A DNA stretch of 64,000 nucleotides from a bacterium (GTDB lineage: Bacteria > Hinthialibacterota > Hinthialibacteria > Hinthialibacterales > Hinthialibacteraceae). Of the stretch, positions 49,029-61,300 are shown in pieces; positions within the stretch are counted from its first letter, which is position 1, and every line of letters begins with the position of its first letter. The translations under genes were made by a program, and so were the position numbers. Below the pieces are notes generated by a model. That model made no database searches. It had not been told where the DNA came from and was given only the letters and a program-made list of their open reading frames with translations. Location of the stretch: contig CAXXMV010000006.1 of the NCBI GenBank assembly GCA_963662285.2, positions 416,001-480,000 of the forward strand, written 5' to 3'.

Positions 49029-49245
49029 AATTGACCTCTCGCTTTTTGATTGATATTTCATTGAACTGCCAAAGAGATAATATTCTTAGGTTCTATTCTC
49101 TCAGAAAAGGACAGGTTTAGTCAAGCGGGAGTTTACGATATTATAGGCTAAATCCTTCATGGCAGCCCGATGATAGATGCACTCTGTGTATACCAAAGAG
49201 TTTTGAGCGCCACAAGAAGCCAATGTCATTATGTTAACCGCGTCT

Positions 49246-49282
49246 TCCCCTCTCCCGGCGGAAGAGGATTAAAGTAAGGGGG
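49246..49282. repeat. Degenerate REP-like family A copy
   Basis: tcccctctcccggcggaagaggattaaagtaaggggg. Confidence 0.45.
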
Positions 49283-49345
49283 AAATATCACCTACCCCAA
49301 GCGTAGGATGGATCAGTCTCACCGACTCATCAAAAGGCCACTATT

Positions 49346-50422
49346 ATGAAACAACTCATCAGTTATATAGCTCTATCCGCTCCCGCTACGCGCCGGTATG
49401 CGCAAGGCGATGAACCATTACTGCGGCCGGAAATCGGATTCACTCCGCAGTGGTTTCATCAATCCCTGGGAATAGATTTTGGCGGGCAATGGCATAATAA
49501 TCCAGCGTGTCGACGTGACGCGATTATTGCTATGCGCCAGGAGATTAGAAGACGGTTTCCTGATACTTCTATTGGTTTAGTGAATCAACCGGATGAGCCG
49601 CTTGATTTGCTGACTGGAACATTTGGCGCTAATACCATCGCGGCGATTTATGGAATCCCTATACAGTATTTCTCTAACCAGTGGCCTACTGCTATAAAAA
49701 AATATTTCAGCAATGAACAAATTGATCAACTGGAACCTCCGCATCTGGTGGAAAACTCATTTTTCAATAAACTGATAGAGCAACTCGATTGGATTGCTGA
49801 TCATGAAGGTAAAATCACGGGTTTCATCAATTGGCAGGGAATATTGAATAATGCGCATCGGCTGCGCGGCGAAAAGATATTCATCGATCTGATTGATGAT
49901 CCTGATAGATGCTTGCAATTGTTTGAATGTATATGCGCCACAATGATCGAAGCGGCTCAACTAATTCAGGAACGCCAGCGCAAAAGCGGCGTGGATATCC
50001 GATTTTTCACAATCAGCAATTGTCTGGTTAACATGATCTCGCCCAAACATTATGAGAGATTGATTCTTCCCTTTGATCGTAAAATTGCGGAATCATTTGA
50101 ATGCATCGGCATACACAACTGCGCGTGGAAAGCCGATCCCTATTTGAATGCTTATGCTTCCATCACCAATGTCGGCTATATTGATATGGGGATGGAGTCC
50201 GATCTGAACCGGGCGCGAGACCTCTTCCCTGAAACTCGTCGAGCGATTATGTATCCCCCGACAAAACTGCTCAATGGATCAAAAGAGGAAATAGAACAAG
50301 ACCTGCTTCGCATTGCTCAAACCTATGCTCCCTGCGATATTGTCTTTGCCGATATCGAAGAGAATGTACCCGATGATAAAATCCTCTTCATCATCCAGGC
50401 ATGCCAAAAAATCAGTACTTGA
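49346..50422 (+). CDS. Uroporphyrinogen decarboxylase family-like protein, function unknown
   Basis: QGILNNAHRLRGE.IF.D...DP, NMISP..YE..ILPFD and IHNCAW motifs. Confidence 0.65.
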   Translation: MKQLISYIALSAPATRRYAQGDEPLLRPEIGFTPQWFHQSLGIDFGGQWHNNPACRRDAIIAMRQEIRRRFPDTSIGLVNQPDEPLDLLTGTFGANTIAAIYGIPIQYFSNQWPTAIKKYFSNEQIDQLEPPHLVENSFFNKLIEQLDWIADHEGKITGFINWQGILNNAHRLRGEKIFIDLIDDPDRCLQLFECICATMIEAAQLIQERQRKSGVDIRFFTISNCLVNMISPKHYERLILPFDRKIAESFECIGIHNCAWKADPYLNAYASITNVGYIDMGMESDLNRARDLFPETRRAIMYPPTKLLNGSKEEIEQDLLRIAQTYAPCDIVFADIEENVPDDKILFIIQACQKIST

Positions 50423-50447
50423 GCGAAACAGGTTTATTTCAAATAAA

Positions 50448-50486
50448 CGCCAAGGGCAAGAGCGCATTGCGCTCAGCTCTTGATCA
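50448..50486 (+). repeat. Palindromic repeat family C, copy 1
   Basis: cgccaagggcaagagcgcattgcgctcagctcttgatca; overlaps the pilin stop codon. Confidence 0.8.
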
Positions 50487-51170
50487 ACCGCCATCAAACC
50501 CACCGCCGGAACGATACGAGATATTACCAGCGCTTCTCAATCCATTTGAAGATTGATAAGGAATCCCGCGGAATCCGCTTTGGACGATGCTGCCATCCGG
50601 CCCGCTTCCAATCAGCGCAAATTCCCCCCGGGTTAAAGGTCTGACAGAACCGGGAAAGCCCTGGTTGCTTGGTTGATAGGCGTCAATATTATGATTATGG
50701 GGCGACCATGCATCAGTGCAGCGGGGATCATGATCGACATAGGTATAGGTATCAAGTTGGCCGCTCCATGTTTCACTAGCGGCTTGTTTTTTTGGCTCCC
50801 GTAAAAATGGGTCTTGGGGAATCGATGCTATGTAGTTAGTCGGCGTGGTCAGCGGCGCCATAACATCACGCATTAACCGGGTGCCTTTCTGAGGATTAGC
50901 GATTTTACTGAAATATTTATTCAGAAGCCCCAGGCATATCTCACCATCATCATCCCAGATATCAATCAGCAGGAATCCACGGTCAATCCTGAACGACTCG
51001 ATGGCGGTTCCCAGGTTCTTGGTATCAGCCTGTGACCGGGCCACTTTGGCGCGGGTTTGCGCGTTAAGAAAATTGGGCACGGCAATCGCCGCCAGAATGC
51101 CGATAATCGCAACTACAATTAACAATTCTATAAGCGTAAATGCTTTGTGGTTGTAATAATTTTTATTCAT
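50484..51170 (-). CDS. Prepilin-type N-terminal cleavage/methylation domain protein 3
   Basis: HKA|FTLIELLIVVAIIGILAAIAVP; LTTP..Y....P.DPF; GSGPDG; Y.SSNG. Confidence 0.9.
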   Translation of the reverse strand: MNKNYYNHKAFTLIELLIVVAIIGILAAIAVPNFLNAQTRAKVARSQADTKNLGTAIESFRIDRGFLLIDIWDDDGEICLGLLNKYFSKIANPQKGTRLMRDVMAPLTTPTNYIASIPQDPFLREPKKQAASETWSGQLDTYTYVDHDPRCTDAWSPHNHNIDAYQPSNQGFPGSVRPLTRGEFALIGSGPDGSIVQSGFRGIPYQSSNGLRSAGNISYRSGGGFDGG

Positions 51171-51310
51171 GGTTCATCTGGCTCTTATCTTTTTGCTTTA
51201 AAATTTTGTGTCTATTGAGTCTTAACCACATAATAGCAAAAAGACAGTTGAGATGTCGAGGGATCAGGTACTAAATGCTTATATCCACACTAACTGAATC
51301 GACGGACGGG

Positions 51311-51347
51311 CGCCAAGGGCAAGAGCGCAATGCGCTCAGCCCTTGAT
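51311..51347 (+). repeat. Palindromic repeat family C, copy 2
   Basis: cgccaagggcaagagcgcaatgcgctcagcccttgat, a direct repeat of the copy at 50448. Confidence 0.8.
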
Positions 51348-51413
51348 GCGATCACTTCCGATTTTATTAAACTATCGTCACTGAATTCCAGCGGGCGCTT
51401 GCATTGCAGAGGC

Positions 51414-53060
51414 TTAATAAATAGACCAGTCCATTACTCCTACGGCAATATCGAAATTATCCGAAAAAACGACTTGCCCATCGACCAGAACTTCGACGTT
51501 ATCAAATTGAGATGTTATACCGATTTCGGTGCTGCCCGCCAGACCGGGATATCCAGTGCGTTCGCTGTTGGATGCATTATCCCAAAGCGGTAGTTCGAAA
51601 ATGTCGGCGCCGCCTTTTTCGACGATGCTGCCAGTCACAAGAGTACCTTCACCAATCAGGGTCATTGTGTACCATTGATTGAGTTCCCAGGCGTAATCGC
51701 TTCTCGAAGCCCATTCGACATGATCGTTGAGCATATCCACGCTGTTCACGTCGTCATGAAACATGAGGTTCAGCGCCATCTCACTGGAACCACTGGCATC
51801 CGGTTCGGGATTGCAGCGAATCATAACTCCTGACCGGGAAAGGTCATCGTCCACCCAGCTGGTCATCATTACATCGGCGCGAATGGTATAGTCTTGACCG
51901 CCAAAATCCTTCTCAATCCAAATGTGTTTCGGATCGAGACCCGAATCGGCGTAATGCTTCAAAACTCCATCGATGACCGCCCAGACGCCGTTCGCGCCGA
52001 TCTTCCAATCCGGTCCCAGACCGATTGCATGTTTTAACATGACATCCTTTAAATTGATGGATTCGCTTCCCTTGGTTACGCTGCCACAGAGTAGGCTGAT
52101 GATGGGAGCGTCTGCAGAAGGTATCTCCAGATCATAACTCATTTCCGCTGAACCGGTCTCATTACCAATATCCCAGATAATTTTATTATCGGTGATTTGG
52201 GCGTCGCCAACCGTGGTCACGATATTGGTCGCTGTCAAACCTGCGGGAATATTTTCTTCCACTGTTGTCGGGGTTGTGGGGTCAATCAACCCATCCAGAT
52301 TGATTTTGATGCCGGAAACGGTAGTTCCACCTTTATATATAATTTGCGGAACGGTGCGTTGCGCCAAAAAGGGAATCACCGTCAGTTTGACATCAGGAAA
52401 GTAACCGATAGTCGAGGCGTCCCTCTCGTTAGAGGTTACGGCCAATCCGACGTAAACCGGATCGGATAGATTATCCAGCACTCGCACCTCGTGCAGAATC
52501 GGCTGACCCGTATCGTAATCAATGTAATAACTCATTAAAGTGTTGCCCAGGCGGACCAGCTGGGCGCCGTCCTGTATATCGAAGGGGATCAATTCATGCC
52601 GCCAGTGATAGTTGGATTTACGGTCCAGAACCCCGCCCGCCGTCTCGCGCCATTCAGTATCCAATTGACCGTCGTTACGTACGAACATATCGAAATGCAC
52701 GGCGTCCGTGTCGAGAGAATCGCGAATCATCAAGGCCACTTTCACTTCGTTGCTTGAACTCTCGAAGGGATCGACCTCCAGCCTTGCGGAAATCGTAAAC
52801 GGCCCGCTCATTTCCTTGTAAACAAAATGAAAGTTGTCCGTTGCATCGCCGATTCCCGCTCCGCTGCCGGTTACTACATACTCTGCGTTTTGGAAAACGG
52901 CTGTTCCGGGAACGCCAACATCTCCTATGTCTATGTTATTTTCGAAAATTCCTACTTGTGAGAATCCGGGAATTGCCGCGAACAGAAACGCTGTTACAAC
53001 AACACAGCCCAAAGAAATCATTCTATTTCTTCTCATTGTCTTATCCCCTTTTACAAGCAA
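51414..53060 (-). CDS. Secreted ConA/lectin-like multidomain protein with C-terminal VMDWSIY tail
   Basis: Signal peptide GFS|Q; GIFENNIDIGD..GSGA.I...DNFHFVYK..SG.F and VYVGLAVTS; EE.IP.G..IIW..SYD Ig-like module; QFDNV. Start probably MRRN (53036). Confidence 0.65.
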   Translation of the reverse strand: MLVKGDKTMRRNRMISLGCVVVTAFLFAAIPGFSQVGIFENNIDIGDVGVPGTAVFQNAEYVVTGSGAGIGDATDNFHFVYKEMSGPFTISARLEVDPFESSSNEVKVALMIRDSLDTDAVHFDMFVRNDGQLDTEWRETAGGVLDRKSNYHWRHELIPFDIQDGAQLVRLGNTLMSYYIDYDTGQPILHEVRVLDNLSDPVYVGLAVTSNERDASTIGYFPDVKLTVIPFLAQRTVPQIIYKGGTTVSGIKINLDGLIDPTTPTTVEENIPAGLTATNIVTTVGDAQITDNKIIWDIGNETGSAEMSYDLEIPSADAPIISLLCGSVTKGSESINLKDVMLKHAIGLGPDWKIGANGVWAVIDGVLKHYADSGLDPKHIWIEKDFGGQDYTIRADVMMTSWVDDDLSRSGVMIRCNPEPDASGSSEMALNLMFHDDVNSVDMLNDHVEWASRSDYAWELNQWYTMTLIGEGTLVTGSIVEKGGADIFELPLWDNASNSERTGYPGLAGSTEIGITSQFDNVEVLVDGQVVFSDNFDIAVGVMDWSIY

Positions 53061-53360
53061 TTAGTATGTTGCTTTCGATGGATTTTAATAATACGATATA
53101 TCGATTCAATTCCGATATTACTAAAGCAACGCGAAAAAGTCAACAAAGGTTTTCATAACTACCATAATTGGTGGATATTTATATGTATCATCTCAATGAA
53201 TATCCTCATGATTTAAGTAAGAATCCTGAGAGAATGAATATCAAGAGCAAACGCAATAATTATGTGGATGCTTATTAGAGTGGTTGAAAAATAAAAACTC
53301 TGTACAATATGAAAGCGTCAAGAAACGAAAACTGCTCTATATGATAAAGTGGAGTGTAAA

Positions 53361-54593
53361 ATGAAAAATAGATTATTAGTTTTGTTTGTACTCATATTCA
53401 GCATTAATAATTTAAACGCTGCGGACATAACAAGTATCCAGAAATTCGGCGTCAAACCGGAAAACAGTGCAGCCCTGAACAAAATGAACCTTCAAAAGGC
53501 TATCGACTGGGCGTCAGTGCGTGGCGCCGCTTTACAGGTTGAAGCATCTGACGAACCATACCATATTGATGGCGGCATTATCCTGAAAAAGAATGTTTCC
53601 CTTATTGGCGTTCATGGCCCAACTCCACGCGGAACAGTTCATCAAACCAAGAAACAGCCCGTCGGCAGCGTCTTCAAAATTACAGATCAAGATAACCCTT
53701 TCATAACAGTGGAAACCGGTTCTCAAATTAAAGGGATTCAGTTTTGGTATCCCGAACAAACCATTCGCGATCCTAAATCAATTATTCCATATAAAGCAAC
53801 CATTAAAGTTTCCGATACGAGCAATACGCAGGGAGTCTATTTTTCCTGCTTGACTTTTTACGGTGAATATCTGGCATTTGATTTTAATGCAAAACGCAAA
53901 TTCGCATGTGAATTAATGACCTTTGAACATTGCTATGGCTATCCACTCAGTGGAGAATTTATACGCATTGACTATTGTTATGATATTCCTCGTATTTTGC
54001 ATTGTCATGTTAATCCGGCCATTCAAAGATATATCGGCGGACAATATAGTCGAGAAGTTGTTGATGCCGTAATTGCCAAAAAAAGTTTTGCATATGCAAT
54101 AAATCATACTGATAATGCTCAGATAATAGACTTATTTACATTCGGAACCTATGGCGGGATTCTATTAGGCAGTGAAACCTATGGACAACTAACCAACTTC
54201 AATCTCGACTGTGTTGCAGTCGGAATTTTGAAACGCGGCAGCAATACAAAAAATCGTAACTGGCAAATTGCGCAAGGTTCAATTATCGCCAATACCGGCG
54301 AAGATATAAAAAATATCCACCCCATAATTATTGAAGGAGAGGGTCATACATCGCTTACGAATGTTGAATCTTTTTCTGGAGAAAACACAGCATTAACAAC
54401 TGTTCCAGAAAAAATGTCCTGGGATTATCTACTTGTGAGAGGCGACCAAAAACTGACTGTATCAATATTGGGCGGCCGGATGAGAAACTACGTTTCAGAC
54501 TCCCCCGTTACCATCGAAAACAAGAACGCAATCCTTTTCTTCTCTGGTTGTTTCGATAATGATGAAAACTTATATAACAAGACTTTTGAGTAA
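53361..54593 (+). CDS. Secreted pectin-lyase-fold (GH28/pectate lyase superfamily-related) protein
   Basis: Signal peptide LNA|A; SIQKFGV......N...LQKAID; KKNVSLIG; GIQFWYPEQ. Confidence 0.6.
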   Translation: MKNRLLVLFVLIFSINNLNAADITSIQKFGVKPENSAALNKMNLQKAIDWASVRGAALQVEASDEPYHIDGGIILKKNVSLIGVHGPTPRGTVHQTKKQPVGSVFKITDQDNPFITVETGSQIKGIQFWYPEQTIRDPKSIIPYKATIKVSDTSNTQGVYFSCLTFYGEYLAFDFNAKRKFACELMTFEHCYGYPLSGEFIRIDYCYDIPRILHCHVNPAIQRYIGGQYSREVVDAVIAKKSFAYAINHTDNAQIIDLFTFGTYGGILLGSETYGQLTNFNLDCVAVGILKRGSNTKNRNWQIAQGSIIANTGEDIKNIHPIIIEGEGHTSLTNVESFSGENTALTTVPEKMSWDYLLVRGDQKLTVSILGGRMRNYVSDSPVTIENKNAILFFSGCFDNDENLYNKTFE

Positions 54594-54630
54594 GAAAAAA
54601 TTAACTAACCTTCGCATTTAATCTACTGTG

Positions 54631-54668
54631 CGCCAAGGGCAAGACGACATTGTGTCCAGCCTTTGATC
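54631..54668 (+). repeat. Palindromic repeat family C, degenerate copy 3
   Basis: cgccaagggcaagacgacattgtgtccagcctttgatc. Confidence 0.65.
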
Positions 54669-54707
54669 AAACGACCAAAGATAGGATGAAATAACTTAAT
54701 GTCATTG

Positions 54708-54736
54708 CCTCCTAACCTCACCCAGGCTTGGGGGAT
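54708..54736. repeat. REP-like family A, reverse copy
   Basis: Reverse complement is atcccccaagcctgggtgaggttaggagg. Confidence 0.55.
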
Positions 54737-54755
54737 AAATGTTTTATAGATTTAG

Positions 54756-54971
54756 GTGATTACCGCTGTTTCAAATATGGCGCCCCCCCATCGGTCCTGC
54801 TGCCGCGTGTTCGAGTACAGCGCATACCCGACAGAAATGGCGATGCTGGGTAATGCGGCGATTGGCGCCGGAGAGATGCTCTACTGGGATGGCGAAAACA
54901 TGAAAGCAACCAACACTGACAAAGCCGAACCGTTTCTCAAATCCGAATATTACAACGGCTTTTCCATTTAA
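54756..54971 (+). pseudogene. C-terminal remnant of a Gfo/Idh/MocA oxidoreductase
   Basis: FEYSA..TE..MLGN.A..GE.LYWD.ENMK.TN..A..FLK.EY..GF resembles the family's C-terminus; no N-terminal Rossmann part. Confidence 0.65.
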
Positions 54972-54999
54972 TCGCAGTTGTTATATACAAAGAAACACG

Positions 55000-55032
55000 A
55001 ACGCCCCACCAGTTTTTGGTGGAGCGTTTTTT
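55000..55032 (+). terminator. Intrinsic terminator
   Basis: aacgccccacca-gtttt-tggtggagcg-tttttt. Confidence 0.65.
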
Positions 55033-55260
55033 GATTCCTTTAAGGTGACTTTCCAGCGTCAAGGCTTCTCTACCTATAACAAGAATTTCGTAATCGCTTA
55101 ACAAAAGTTCAGAGTCGATTGTTTAAAAGGTTAAAGGATTGGATTGTAGTAATTGCTTTGTTTCTCCTTTTGGATCGTATAAAGCAATCTTGGATTGAAT
55201 GGATGAAACTTGTTATTATGCTCACAATCCACTCCCTTTATTATCACATTGCGGTTTTGT

Positions 55261-57861
<2,601 letters not shown>

Positions 57862-58167
57862 TCATGAACGTTTCAATGTTTTAACCACCGTCTTTGAAAT
57901 ATCATGAATGCAATCAATCAATAATACCACATCAGAGGCATCAATTGCTAGATTGAAATGGTGGGATATATTAAGATTATTTATCTCATTGATGGTAAAT
58001 GTGCTGTTATTCATTAACTGTTTGCTACTATAAAATTGAGTAATTACAACGAATTTTCGCATTACTTGTTTCCTCAAGGGAATTTAAAAATACCTTTTAA
58101 GCACTGAGGATTATGCATTTATGTATTGTATTTAGCTTTACAGGACTTGTATATATCTGGTATGGTT

Positions 58168-58317
58168 ATTGGCGGCGGCTTCGAGTTAAATATCCGGTGG
58201 CGGGACGACAAACTCGTCAACACCACCGTACGTTCACTTGTGGGCGTTTCATGCCGTCTTCGCTATAGCGCAAATACGCGATGCCTGAATCTAGCCAAAG
58301 GCAAGAGCGCTCAATAG
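58168..58317 (+). pseudogene. C-terminal remnant of a GH95-like alpha-fucosidase
   Basis: GGFE.NIRW.D.KL....V.S..G..C.LRY resembles GH95 C-termini; no upstream body. Confidence 0.45.
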
Positions 58318-58362
58318 GATGGCATCCAATAACCCTGAACGAGCAACTTAAGGAGTGAAGAC

Positions 58363-61300
58363 ATGCAACGTTTTCATTATGTTTTAGGATTAGCAACTCT
58401 ATTTCTGCTGATCGCAATTGAAATTCCCTCATGTTCTGTAGAATCAACCGGGACAAACTCTCTGGTCTCAAAACACTGGACTGCCGACAACGGAAACGGC
58501 GCTTATTCCAATCCTTTGTTTTATGAAGAATTCGAAGATCCGGATATCATCCGTGTTGGAGAAGACTATTACCTCGTCGGTACGACCATGCACATGAATC
58601 CCGCTCTTCAGATCATGCATTCTAAGGATTTGGTTAACTGGGAATTGGTTGGTTATTGTATGGATAGGCTTGATTTTGGCCCAGCATTCCGTCTGGAAGA
58701 CGGTAAGAATATTTATGGTCAAGGCATCTGGGCGCCTTGTATCCGTTATCACAACGGCATGTTCTATATCTTTGCGAATGTAAACGGTGCAGGCCTACAA
58801 GTCTTTCGCTCCAAGTCAATCCATGGTCCATGGGAGCGCAACCAATTGCCCGGAAGGCACGACTTATCAGTTCTATTTGATGACGATGGAAAGGTATACA
58901 TCATCTCCGGTAATAGGAATCCTTATCCTATCGAAGAACTCACTCCAGATATCAAATCCATTGTTCCCAACTCACGGCGTATGATGCATGCTCCAGGTAT
59001 GGGAGAGGGCCATCATCTCTACAAGATTAATGGCAAATATTACGACATCTCAGCTATACCCGGCGCGACCACAGATCAAATGGTCGCTCGCGCCGATTCC
59101 ATCAATGGTCCCTGGACAGTCGAACTTATGGTACAGGGCGAATCGCTTGGAGTAACGACTGTGGCGCTTGATTATGCTAACGCCGATGATCGTGGTTTAA
59201 CGCTACACCAAGGGGGCATGTGCGATACTCCCTCTGGTGAATGGTGGAGCGTCATTATGTCTGATCACGGTAGTATCGGTCGTTTGGTATCTCTGGCGCC
59301 CATTACTTGGGAAAACGGTTTCCCTCTCATTGGCTTGCCCGGCAATCTTCGCAAAGCGCCCAATACCTGGATAAAACCCGATACAGGCTGCACTCAATAC
59401 CCCAAGCCGTCCTTCATACATAACGATAATTTCAATAGTGGTAAACTCAATAACGAGTGGCAGTGGAATCATGCGCCCGATGACAGCAAGTGGTCTCTCA
59501 CCGAGAAGTCTGGCGTTCTTCGATTGCATTCCCTGCCTGCCGAGAATTTCTATTCAGCAAGAAACAGCATTTGTCAGAGACCTCCAGGCCCCGAATCCAT
59601 TATGACTGTCGAGTTGGATACGACGGGTATGCTTGAAGGAGATACCGCTGGTTTGGCTCTATTAAGTTCTCCATACGCATGGATCGGAGTGGTGAAATCT
59701 ACCGAAGGAACTACTCTACAGATGTTCGACAGCACTGGCAGCGGCAGGGGGCTTAGTCGCGACCCTTCAGCTCCTGCAAATCCACCAACCATCAGCGCAG
59801 ATCAATCACCCGCGAATCTGTGGTTGCGAGTCGCATGTAATTTTGATAATGACAAAGCTATCTTTAGTTGGAGCACCGATGGTGAGACATTTACGCCTGT
59901 GGGTAATCCCTTTACCATGATATTCCAACTGCGAACTTTCCAAGGCGTTCGTCCCTCCCTGTTCCACTACAACACTTCTGGCAAGCCTGGCGGTTATGTT
60001 GACTTTGACAACTTTACTGTCGATGAACCAAGGGCGCGCGGCATCGAACGTGAAATTCCCATAGGCAAGACCATCATCCTAACCAGTGGCGCAGACGGCT
60101 CCATATTGGCCGCCGATCTCGCAACCTCGACTCTGATTAATATACCAGCGACCGACGCCCTACCTGACAATGCCAGGTTTCAAGTCATTGATCTTGGTAA
60201 AGGACGCATGATGCTCAAGGCTGTTAATGACAAAGTTGTCTCTGTAAGTGATGATAACGTGATTATCAAATATCTCGGTGATGCCGACCCTGGTAACTCC
60301 GAAACTTTCCAATGGGTAAACCTCATGAATGGCGATACCATGCTGATGTCTCTCACCAATCATCGCTATCTGACCACTAAACCCAACTCCACGGGGCCAG
60401 TAACCGTTTCTGCTGCCGGACCTAATCCGGCCCGTAAGGGCGGTGCTTGTTTTAAATGGAAAGATGCGAGTGCGCAGAAGACAACCATTAGGATTGAAGC
60501 GTCACAATCAGGCAAGCCAATCAGCCCCGATCTCTTTGGTATTTTCTTTGAAGACCTGAACTATGCAGCCGATGGAGGGATTTATGCCGAACTAATCCAA
60601 AACCGTTCCTTCGAATATAGCCCTACCGAGCAACCCGATTGGCATCCCCTCAAGTTTTGGGATATTGAGAAGCGAGGCGAAGGTGATGGCTCTGTCACTG
60701 TTGCCGAAATGCGTCCTATTCATGAGAACAATCCGCATTACGCTCTGTTGACTGTGCTCAATCCAGGGGAAGGTGTGGGCATTTCCAACAGCGGATTTGA
60801 CAGTATCCCTCTCAAATCTGGAGAAACGTACGTAGCGTCATTCTGGACATATCAGGCTTTCATGGGACAAATGTGGGGGCGGGGCGATAACAGCAAGCCC
60901 ATGACCGTAACTATACGTCTTGAAACTAAGAATGGTGAAGTGTTGGCTAACGCTTCAATGCAAATTAAGGGACGCGAATGGAGGAGGGTGAGTGCGAGAT
61001 TCACACCAACCCGTACGGTCAAAGATGCGCGCCTGGTCCTGCTGGCTCACGAAAAAGGATGCATTGCGCTAGACATGATTTCATTGTTCCCGGAGAAGAC
61101 CTTTCGTAATCATCCAAACGGATTGCGCGCCGACCTCGCTCAGGCTATTGCCGACCTGAATCCTAAATTCATTCGTTTCCCCGGCGGCTGTCTGGTACAT
61201 GGTGGAGGCATTCACCGATACTACGACTGGAAGGAATCAGTGGGACCGGTGGAAACGCGCAAAGCCCGGCGCAATTCCTGGGGCTATCATCAGACCCGAG

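Noticed and set aside
21059-51170. Diversity-generating retroelement or pilS-type gene conversion acting on the pilins
   Set aside because: No reverse transcriptase, template repeat or silent cassettes; the pilin DNA sequences are synonymously divergent rather than near-identical.
50448-54668. CRISPR array or integron attC cassettes
   Set aside because: Spacing is gene-sized and irregular, there are no cas or integrase genes, and the repeats lack RYYYAAC/GTTRRRY ends.
58294-58313. gccaaaggcaagagcgctca as a family C repeat
   Set aside because: Partial, lacks the second hairpin arm, and is explained by codons (AKGKSAQ) of the GH95-like remnant.
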